This document shows positions 56,184 to 64,000 of a stretch of DNA of 64,000 nucleotides, piece by piece. The stretch is from an uncultured delta proteobacterium (lineage in GTDB: Bacteria; Desulfobacterota; Binatia; UBA9968). Made by a program: the position numbers and the translations under genes. Positions within the stretch are counted from its first letter, which is position 1; each line of letters begins with the position of its first letter. The DNA lies in assembly GCA_963847445.1 (NCBI GenBank), contig CAWJZV010000030.1, forward strand, positions 96,001 to 160,000, written 5' to 3'. The notes beneath the pieces are model-generated. The model worked only from the letters and a program-made list of their open reading frames with translations. It made no database searches and had not been told where the DNA came from.

Positions 56184-58641
56184 TTAGAGTTGTAATCTAT
56201 TCAACCTCAACGCGTTGGTGATTACGGAGACCGAACTGAAGGTCATGGCGACACTGGCGATCACCGGGCTTAGCAACATGCCGAAGATCGGATAGAGCAC
56301 ACCTGCTGCGATGGGAATTCCCAACGCGTTGTAGATGAACGCAAAGAAAAGATTCTGCCGGATGTTCCGCATGGTTCCTCGGCTGAGATGCCGCGCCTTG
56401 GCTATGCCGCGCAGATCGCCCTTGACCAGAGTCACTCCGGCGCTTTCCATCGCCACGTCGGTGCCCGTGCCCATGGCGATTCCGACATGAGCCAGAGCCA
56501 GAGCGGGAGCATCATTGACTCCGTCCCCCGCCATCGCCACCATCCGGCCCTCCCCCTGCAGCCGTTTCACCACCTCGCCCTTTTGCTCGGGCAATACATC
56601 GGCTTGAATTTCATCAATACCGAGCTTTTTCGCAACTGCCTCGGCGGTCGTTCGATTGTCCCCGGTGAGCATGACGATCCTGATTCCGTCCTGATGCAGC
56701 ATCTGGATCGCTTCCGCGGTGGACTGCTTGACGGGGTCGGTGACACCGACCAGTCCGGCGACGGCTCCATCCACGACGATATACATCACCGTCTGGCCGT
56801 CTTTTCTGAGTGTTTCCGACTGATTCAAAAAATCACCCGGTTCGACTTTCAATTCCTCCAACAGTTTGCGATTGCCGAGCGCGACGCGCTTGCCATCGAC
56901 TAGTCCAACAACACCCTTCCCCGTGATCGAGCGAAAATCGCGTGTTGCGCCGAGCTTCAATCCTTTCTGCTCGCGCGCCGCCGACAATCGCCGCCGCCAG
57001 CGGATGCTCGCTGCCACGCTCCAGACTTGCCGCAAGGCGCAGGATCTCATCCTCGCTTTGTCCCGGCGCCGGAACCAACGCCGCCAGGCGCGGTTTGCCT
57101 TCGGTAAGGGTGCCGGTCTTGTCCACCACCAACGTGTCGATTTTTTCCAGCACCTCCAATGCTTCGGCATTCTTGATCAACACGCCGGCCGTCGCGCCCC
57201 GCCCGACGCCGACCATGATCGACATCGGCGTCGCCAAGCCCGAGCGCGCAAGGGCAGGCGATGATCAGTACGGCCAACGGCGTTGAGCAGTCCGTAAGCC
57301 AATGCAGGCTCCGGCCCAAACCAGGCCCAAACTACAAAGGTTATGAGCGCGATTAGAACCACCGCGGGAACAAAATAGCCGGCGACAATATCGGCGAGTT
57401 TCTGAATCGGCGCCCGGCTGCGCTGAGCTTCCGAAACCATGCGGACAATCTGCGCCAAAAGCGTATCGCTGCCGACCCGCTCGGCCTTCATGACGACACT
57501 GCCGGTTCCGTTAACCGTTCCGCCGGTAACTTTGCTGTCTTTCGTCTTCTCAACCGGAATCGGTTCGCCGGTAATCATCGACTCATCGACTGATGTCGCT
57601 ACCTTCCAAAACGATTCCATCAACGGGAATCTTCTCGCCGGGGCGGACGCGCAGACGATCGCCGACTTGAACGCGATCGAGAGCCACGTCCGATTCCGTA
57701 CCATCATCGCGCAGCAGACGCGCGGTCTTGGGCGCAAGCCCCAACAACGCCTTGATCGCTTTGCCGGTATTACTGCGGGCGCGCAACTCCAATACCTGGC
57801 CGAGCAAGACAAATGTGGTGATCACTGCCGCGGCGTCGAAGTAAACTCCCACCGCGCCGCCGTGGCCGCGGAACGATTGCGGAAAGGCGTCGGGGAAAAG
57901 CGTCGCAGCCAGACTGTAAACGAACGCAGTGCCGACTCCGATGGCGATCAGAGTGAACATGTTCAGACTGCGGTTGACGATGGACGCCCAGCCGCGCTGG
58001 AAGAACGGCCAGCCGCCCCAGAGCACCACCGGAGTGGCAAGAACGAGCTGAAACCAATTGAGCAGCTGCGGCGATAAACTGCGCTGCACGGGCTGCCCCG
58101 GAATCATATCGGACATGGCGAGAAAAAAAATCGGCGCGCTCAGAACAACGCCGGCCCAAAATCGCCGCGTCATATCGATTAGTTCGGGATTGGCTTCTTC
58201 CTCCAAGGTTACGGTTCTCGGCTCCAACGCCATGCCGCAGATGGGACAGGATCCCGGCTCAGGCCGCACGATCTCGGGGTGCATGGGGCAAACGTAATCG
58301 GTCTTGCTGGGAGCCAGTGACGCCGGCGTTTCTCGCTCCAACGCCATGCCGCATTTGGGGCAGGCGCCGGGGTTGGACTCGCGCACCTCAGGGTCCATCG
58401 GACAGACATAAGTGCCATGCTCCGCTCGATCTTTCTTTGGCGCCTGCGCCGCGTCCACGTGTGATTGTCCGTGACCATGCGCAGCCGGTCCCGTTGTGGG
58501 CGATTTAAGAAACTTCTCGGGATCTTCTTTAAATTTCGCCAGGCAGTGCTGGCTGCAGAAATAATAGGTTTGGCCACTATGAACGTAACTGCCCGCAGCG
58601 CTCTTGGGCTCCACGTTCATGCCGCAAATTGGATCAATCAT
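56184..58641 (-). CDS. copA: Cu(I)-translocating P1B-type ATPase with N-terminal YHS and two CPM[HD]P metal-binding domains (indels)
   Basis: [14 protein letters not shown]; YVCPMDP/YVCPMHP..CPxCGM; TGE; IIACPCALG; DKTGT; SEHP; GDGVND; YN and MxxSS. Confidence 0.95.
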
Positions 58642-58936
58642 CTCAATTCATCCTTGTCGGAAAAACTTGGTTGGCTTTGTTACGCTGGGATCTCATATCG
58701 TTTTGCGTCTTACGGTCCGTGCCTGTAGCAGGAACGCAACGGTCCTGGCAGCATAGCGGCTGCCAAACACGACGCCTGCGACTACCAAAGCCCAAGATGC
58801 CAATGCCCCAGGCGCTATTCAACCACCCCAACCCCAATCATAGAGGTCACTCTTGCGCGAACAACGTTGGGTGGTCAGGTAGCGCAACTAACCAATGCCA
58901 TCGATCGCGAATATGCGGATCGCTTCCCAAGCTCCA

Positions 58937-59375
58937 CTACTTCGATGTCTTGATCCCTCGCCCCATCCGCTCAGACATCTGTTTCATCATGCCGGACATA
59001 TCGCCCATCATTTTTGACATATTCTGCATCTCTTCAGGCGTCATCTTGCCGCGCGCCCATCATGCCACCCATGTCGCCCATCATACCCGACATGCCGCCC
59101 ATCATCTTGCCCATTTCGTTCGTCTCTTCGCCCTTCATCATCCCCTGATTTTTCATCATGCCGCCCATGCCCTTTTTCATCTCCATCATTTTGCCTTGCA
59201 TCTCCTTCATCTTACTCATGTCCATACCGCCGCCCTGCATCCCCTCCCCCTTCATGGGCATGCCTTCCTTCATCGGCATCTGCCCTTTCATCGGCATTTC
59301 CTTTTTCTCCTGGGCCATCAGGGGAAACACTCCGAGCGCTCCCGATACGATCAATGCGGTAATTAATTTTTTCAT
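58937..59375 (-). CDS. Secreted extremely Met-rich protein (one indel near 59050)
   Basis: Signal peptide; MPMK repeats; about 40 Met when joined to ...GKMTPEEMQNMSKMMGDMSGMMKQMSERMGRGIKTSK*. Confidence 0.78.
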
Positions 59376-59543
59376 AACAAATTCCTTTCAGTTTTTGCGT
59401 TTCTGTTTATGAATCTTTTCACTTTCCAATGCGCAGAACCCAGTTGTACCTCCACGCTATGTACCCCAGTTATTCTGAAAACAATCCATGGCTAATCTCC
59501 TTTACAATAGCGGTTCGTTTCGGGAGATTTAACTCCAGGCCGG

Positions 59544-59966
59544 TTACTCAACGTTCCAACGAAACGTTCTCTCCTTAACCCCGGCAATATCCTTGATCAC
59601 CAGCTCCAACCATTTCCGTTCCAAGGTTGGCCTGGGGAAAGTCAATATAATCTCCCGATGATGACCGCTTCCTTTGTTCTCGGCGCCTGTTGGCACCATC
59701 GTCAGACCTGTGTCATCACGCATAACGCTGAGCGTCTTAAGATCATACATCTCCAAATTAACCGAGTGGGTATCCAAGACCACTGAAAATCGTGACTCAT
59801 GGTGGGTCTGCTCCAGGTAAGTTACCTTCACGGTAACCCCGCCTGCCGACTGTGTCTGCGGGGGACCGAGCCCCTGCGCCTCGAGACCAGCACCCACGTC
59901 AATGAAACTAGCAAGAGATAAAACGACTAAACTGATTAAGAATGCGTTCATTTTTCTTCCTTCCAT
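59544..59966 (-). CDS. Uncharacterised exported beta-rich protein in the copper operon
   Basis: Signal peptide; GGVTVKVT, LDTHSVNL, GSGHHRE, IKDIAGVKERTFRW. Confidence 0.75.
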   Translation of the reverse strand: MEGRKMNAFLISLVVLSLASFIDVGAGLEAQGLGPPQTQSAGGVTVKVTYLEQTHHESRFSVVLDTHSVNLEMYDLKTLSVMRDDTGLTMVPTGAENKGSGHHREIILTFPRPTLERKWLELVIKDIAGVKERTFRWNVE

Positions 59967-60020
59967 ATTGGCTCTCCTTGCTACCCCACGCTTTCAGTCG
60001 CGCTTCCTCCAAATGATCGA

Positions 60021-60113
60021 CTAACTCGATTGCGGTGATTGGTCCTGAGCAAATCCGGAGAAGGAAAATACCAAGGCTAGAGCGACTGCTAATAAAACAT
60101 GTTTGGATTTCAT
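60021..60113 (-). pseudogene. Signal-peptide-only ORF (30 aa), probable truncated secreted protein
   Basis: AGGAG ribosome-binding site then MKSKHVLLAVALALVFSFSGFAQDQSPQSS*. Confidence 0.45.
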
Positions 60114-60152
60114 GACGCATCTCCTGTCCCATTTCTCTCCGAGTAAAACGCA

Positions 60153-60504
60153 TTACTTCGCCTCCGCCGCCAATAGCCGATGAGACTCCAGCCATACTCA
60201 GGTTCTCCGCCGCAGCCTGCTCATAGATCCGCACCAATCCTTGGCAATGGCTAATTAGACTCGACGCTTGCTTGCCATAGATACCTTTATTCGCCTCGTA
60301 TTGGGTGAGCATTTTTTTGTGCTCAGCCGCCTTTGCCTGCATTTCTTTAGCGGCATCCTGATAATGCTTTGCCAAGTTCTCATGGTCGCTACGGGTTCTG
60401 GCGCTTTGTACCGCTTGGGTCATGTCCATCGAGTGTGGGTTGATTGTGCAGGAACCCAATGCACCAAGCATCGCAACCAGCGCGAGAGATGTTAATGTTT
60501 TCAT
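60153..60504 (-). CDS. Helical His/Met-containing lipoprotein (indel near 3' end)
   Basis: GGAGG ribosome-binding site; lipobox-like LGSC; DHENLAKHY, AEHKKM, SHC, ESHR. Confidence 0.75.
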
Positions 60505-60690
60505 GATGTCCTCCATTTTAGTTGATATATGCTGTCGATCTTCTGGCACACCCATTACTTCACGTTCACTAATAGATCCGAAAGTATTTTTCGATGTCCT
60601 CCATGTCGTGCGGCACGGTTCCCATGTTCGCCCGAAGACCGTTTGGTCATCTGCCGGCAAGGAATGACACAAAGCGAAAGGCTAATATGA

Positions 60691-61122
60691 CTAGATGCGA
60701 AGATTGGAGAGAGAAAGATAGAGAGGTGGATCTGACGGTTCGGCAGCCGGCGAACCTCTTGTGAAACTCTTCCTGAGGAAATGGTTCCTATTACCGTCTA
60801 CCAAGCTTCGCAGATCAAAAATGTCATTCGCGCGGGGCGTGAGCGCCGCCGTTCCGCGGTGAAATTGGGGCGGCGACGCAGGACCGGCAAAAATCTCAGT
60901 TTGATAGTCGAAATCCAGACAATCAATTTGTGACGGCACATGGCTGGGCCGGGAGAGATGTCGGTAGAGGCCGTCGTGCAGGTCATCCGCGGAAAGAATC
61001 TCTTCAATGCTCCCGTGTTCGTCGACATGACAACAGCGCAGGACTGCCCACGCCGCGTTGTAGTAAAGCAGCATCGACGCAAGCAATGCGGCCAGGAAAG
61101 TCTTTACATGCTGACGATTCAT
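60691..61122 (-). CDS. Small secreted Cys/His leader protein upstream of the copA operon
   Basis: Signal LAALLASMLLYYNAAWA; RCCHVDEH; ends FTRGSPAAEPSDPPLYLSLSNLRI*. Confidence 0.75.
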   Translation of the reverse strand: MNRQHVKTFLAALLASMLLYYNAAWAVLRCCHVDEHGSIEEILSADDLHDGLYRHLSRPSHVPSQIDCLDFDYQTEIFAGPASPPQFHRGTAALTPRANDIFDLRSLVDGNRNHFLRKSFTRGSPAAEPSDPPLYLSLSNLRI

Positions 61123-61138
61123 AGCTGAGCTTAAAAAG

Positions 61139-61154
61139 AGCACGAAATATGCCA
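61139..61154 (-). promoter_or_regulatory. sigma54-like -24/-12 promoter motif
   Basis: TGGCATATTTCGTGCT (GG-N10-GC), about 17 nt upstream of ATG 61122. Confidence 0.5.
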
Positions 61155-61555
61155 GGATAATTTCATAGCCAAATCCAACGAACGAGCTAGCAATTCTTCT
61201 CGCTATTGCGAGTGTCAAGCTGGAATATTTGCAAATATGCGAACAATGCCACGGCGCCATCCTCTCAGAGCCAAAAAGACTACTTTGTTTGCACCGCGAT
61301 TGCACGGTGAGATTTTGCCATACTCAGAACCCTTGCCGCCTCGTACTGCGCGAGTAGCTTTTTATGCTCGTCCGCCCGTGCCTGCATTGCTTTCGCCGCA
61401 TCTTCATAATGTCGTGCCAAGACCTCATGATTCGCTCTGCTCTTGGCACTTTAGACGGCTTGCGTCATGTCCATCATCGGGTGGGGCTTGATGGAACACG
61501 ACGCCAAAAGGACCAAGACAGCTAGAAATGCTAAAAATCTTTTAGTCTTCACGAC

Positions 61556-62894
61556 CTACCCCCATTTTTAGACTTACGTGGTTTCCCGGCGAAACTTCGT
61601 CTGGTAGCAATCCTTTATGTATCGCGTCGGAATATCCGGCTCGTAGAAACTGAATGAGCACTCATCCAGACAAAAATTAAACCCACACAAATGAAATGAA
61701 CATAGGCTTTGTAACTCACGACTGAAGCGAGGCTAAAGAACAGAATGATGAAACCAGCACTCGCGTCGCCGACTCTTTCGACCACGACATCGAGAAAGGT
61801 CTTGAGCGATTTTTTTACGCCTGCCGGCAACGCCCATATAGACGATCTCCATGCTACTTCGGTGAATGCTGTTGCGTAGCGCGGCATCGGCTATTCGAGT
61901 CAGCGCGGCGGCAAGAAGACCAGGCCAGATCATGATGGCCCAGCGAGCCGCCCATGAGCGACAACGGGAGTTAGATAAAGACTGGAATCGAGACCGAGTT
62001 TCTTCAACGTCTTGCCGGTCAGGACGACCTGCGGCAAAAAGGGTCGCGACGCTGAGCCAGCCATAATAAGAGCTGAAAAAGCCGGCGAGAGCCGATTTGG
62101 ACGGATAAGTTATCTTTCGCCGCGGTCTTGAGCTCGAAGTCAATTAGCGTCGAAACCACCACCGATACCAGAATCACGGCAGCGATTGTTTTGAGATATG
62201 GCGAACCGGCGAGATGCGCGAAAATATTGTCACCGCTTACCGCGTCGGCACTATTGGGCGAGACAAATTCCTTCGCGGGATGCAGATGTCCTTCAACCTT
62301 CGCTGAGTCATGCAGAGCAATAGAGACGCCGCTAGGTACAGACCGCCAACAACCCAGAGCAGGTGGTTGCTGTCGGCCGAAAGGTGAAGCGTCCACTTAG
62401 CCCCGAATCCCGCGGCGACACCGCCTAATCGTCCCGCCGGCGGCAAGGAGGCCGAACAACCGCTTGCCTTCGTCCGGAGTAAAGAGCTGGTCGGCAAGCG
62501 TCCATAGTTGGGCCACCGCAATGACCGTCGCCATCGCCGACCAGATGTAAAACGCGTAGTGGCTCCAGCCCGGATCGATGTAGGTCAAGAGAAACCAAAA
62601 GCCGGCGACTGCGAAGACAATCACCCGCGTTGGTCGCCAAGATGAGCCGGACCATTGAGAGGTGTGACGGTATATCTCGCGTACGTGGCAATAATCACGC
62701 CGGCGCAAGAGCGCGACCAGAATATACAGATAGGGCAGCTCCGACACGGAATGGTGGCCGAGAAATATGCTATCGCGAAGTATCTTGATGAGATTATTGG
62801 CCGCGATCAGCAAGAAAAGCAGCGCGGCTATAACCGTTACACGGAACCCTTCGCCGGGGGTTATCTTGAAAAATGCCAGTGTTTGATCAACCAC
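61556..62894 (-). CDS. Npt1/Npt2 (TLC, ADP/ATP carrier-like) MFS transporter, stand-alone (several indels)
   Basis: IKILRDSIFL, ELPYLYI, AQLWTLADQLFTPDEGKRLFG, SPYLKTIA, LIDFELK, LRNSIHRSSME, KTFLDVVVERVGDA. Confidence 0.82.
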
Positions 62895-62961
62895 GAAGAT
62901 GACTCCGCCACCAGAAATTCGCTATTGCCGTGTCTGCTCTGTTTGGTGCTATGCGGCTGGT

Positions 62962-64000
62962 TTAGTGATTTCCGGAATGAGCCGGCGGCATACTCGCGCG
63001 TTTTTCGGCGACATCGATGCCGTCTCGCGCCAACTCTGCTTCACTCGCCTTCATTGCCACCGTTCCCGCCGGATGATCGTACCAGCCGGGATCGTCGTCG
63101 TAACTCTTTAGCCGGTCGCGCACCTTGAGCAGCGTCATCATGCCGCCCATCGAAATATAGTCGCCAAACGGTCCCGCTTTGCCTTTCATCGAAATGGTAT
63201 TTTTCGGCATCGGCATGAGCTCCGCCATTCGCCCCATGTCCATGCCCTCATGTCCCATGGTCATGTAGGCGGGCAGCAGCGGGCGGAGCTTTTCATCCAA
63301 ACCCTCCGGCTTGACTCCAACCAGGTTAGGAAACTGATGGCCCATCTGATTCATCACGTGATGAGTCATGTGGCAGTGCAGCGCCCAATCGCCCGGCGCG
63401 TCGGCGATGAATTCGAGGTTGCGCGTCTGGCCGACGCCGACGAGCACCGTGGTCTCGGGCCACTGGGCTGAAAGCGGGATATTTTCACCGTCGGTAGCGG
63501 TGACACGAAAATGATAGCCGTGGATGTGCAGCGGATGGTGGCTCATGGCGCTCAAGTTACCGATCCGCAATCTGACTTTGTCGCCGGTTTTACAGACCAA
63601 TGGCGCCGTCGACGGAAACACTTTGCCGTTGATGGTTAGGACATTCGCATCGTTCATCTTTAGCGTATTGGGCCGCGCCGTGCCGGCTTCGATCACCCAC
63701 TCGCTTAGGAGCAAGGCGAAATCGCGATCGACGAAATGCTCCGCTGGAGGATTTCGCGGATGCACCACGAACATGCCGATCATTCCCATGCCCATCTGGG
63801 TCATCTCGTCGTGGTGCGCATGGTACATCAAGGTGCCATGCTGGCGCAGGGTCCATTCGTATTTCACCGTGTCGCCGGGCTTGATGTAAGGCTGAGTCAG
63901 CCCGCCGACGCCGTCCATACCGTTGGGCAAATAGAACCCATGCCAGTGAATCGCTGTCGCCACGGACAATCGGTTGGTGACATAGATGCGAATCCGTTCG
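62962..64000 (-). CDS. Multicopper oxidase (small two-cupredoxin-domain type), 5' end beyond window
   Basis: IHWHG, MYHAH, HPLHIHGYHF, WALHCHMTHH; Met-rich C-terminal region. Confidence 0.93.
   Translation of the reverse strand, partial: ERIRIYVTNRLSVATAIHWHGFYLPNGMDGVGGLTQPYIKPGDTVKYEWTLRQHGTLMYHAHHDEMTQMGMGMIGMFVVHPRNPPAEHFVDRDFALLLSEWVIEAGTARPNTLKMNDANVLTINGKVFPSTAPLVCKTGDKVRLRIGNLSAMSHHPLHIHGYHFRVTATDGENIPLSAQWPETTVLVGVGQTRNLEFIADAPGDWALHCHMTHHVMNQMGHQFPNLVGVKPEGLDEKLRPLLPAYMTMGHEGMDMGRMAELMPMPKNTISMKGKAGPFGDYISMGGMMTLLKVRDRLKSYDDDPGWYDHPAGTVAMKASEAELARDGIDVAEKRASMPPAHSGNH

Noticed and set aside
61195-61238. TTGACA with dyad CTCGC-AATA-GCGAG and palindrome ATATTTGCAAATAT as a CueR/MerR-type promoter
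   Set aside because: No acceptable -10 at 19-20 nt spacing; the palindrome could still be an activator site but is unsupported.
1-64000. tRNA, rRNA or known riboswitches (TPP, cobalamin) near the NMT1-type binding proteins and TPP enzymes
   Set aside because: No conserved cores recognised by eye; an Infernal/Rfam scan would be needed to exclude them fully.

Overview
GC-rich bacterial chromosomal window. Gene content (many paralogous solute-binding proteins, UbiD, cupin, amidohydrolase and TPP enzymes, palindromic intergenic repeats) suggests Candidatus Binatia/Binatota; this is inference only. Most long genes carry single-base indels, including the conserved ychF, which points to uncorrected long-read errors, so frameshifted genes are reported as joined CDSs with approximate internal boundaries. 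Layout: (1) 1-16 kb: end of a molybdo-hydroxylase cluster, ychF, a carboxyltransferase, NMT1-type binding proteins, CoA-transferase A/B, cyclophilin, and a DapA-like / CADD-like / UbiD / amidohydrolase operon. (2) 16-17 kb: a hidden membrane-targeted upstream ORF ending in a RAPP ribosome-arrest motif, ahead of a putative DNA-binding protein. (3) 17-30 kb: minus-strand operon with five paralogous binding proteins, one permease and two UbiD+bicupin modules; one UbiD lacks the canonical catalytic Arg/Glu. (4) 30-39 kb: thioesterase and IS3 remnants, TPP, FAH, ferritin-like and VOC enzymes, a PDZ sensor kinase and an RfaH-like factor. (5) 40-48 kb: prkA-yeaH-spoVR, aroE and a TPP enzyme. (6) 48-64 kb: copper/silver cluster (TolC-CusB-CusA, CopA, multicopper oxidase, Met-rich proteins) whose two operons each start with a sigma54-like motif and a small secreted His/Cys ORF ending ...LR[IV]*. 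The best candidates for undescribed biology are these upstream-ORF translational control elements and the non-canonical UbiD/cupin/binding-protein system. No rRNA, tRNA or CRISPR array was seen.
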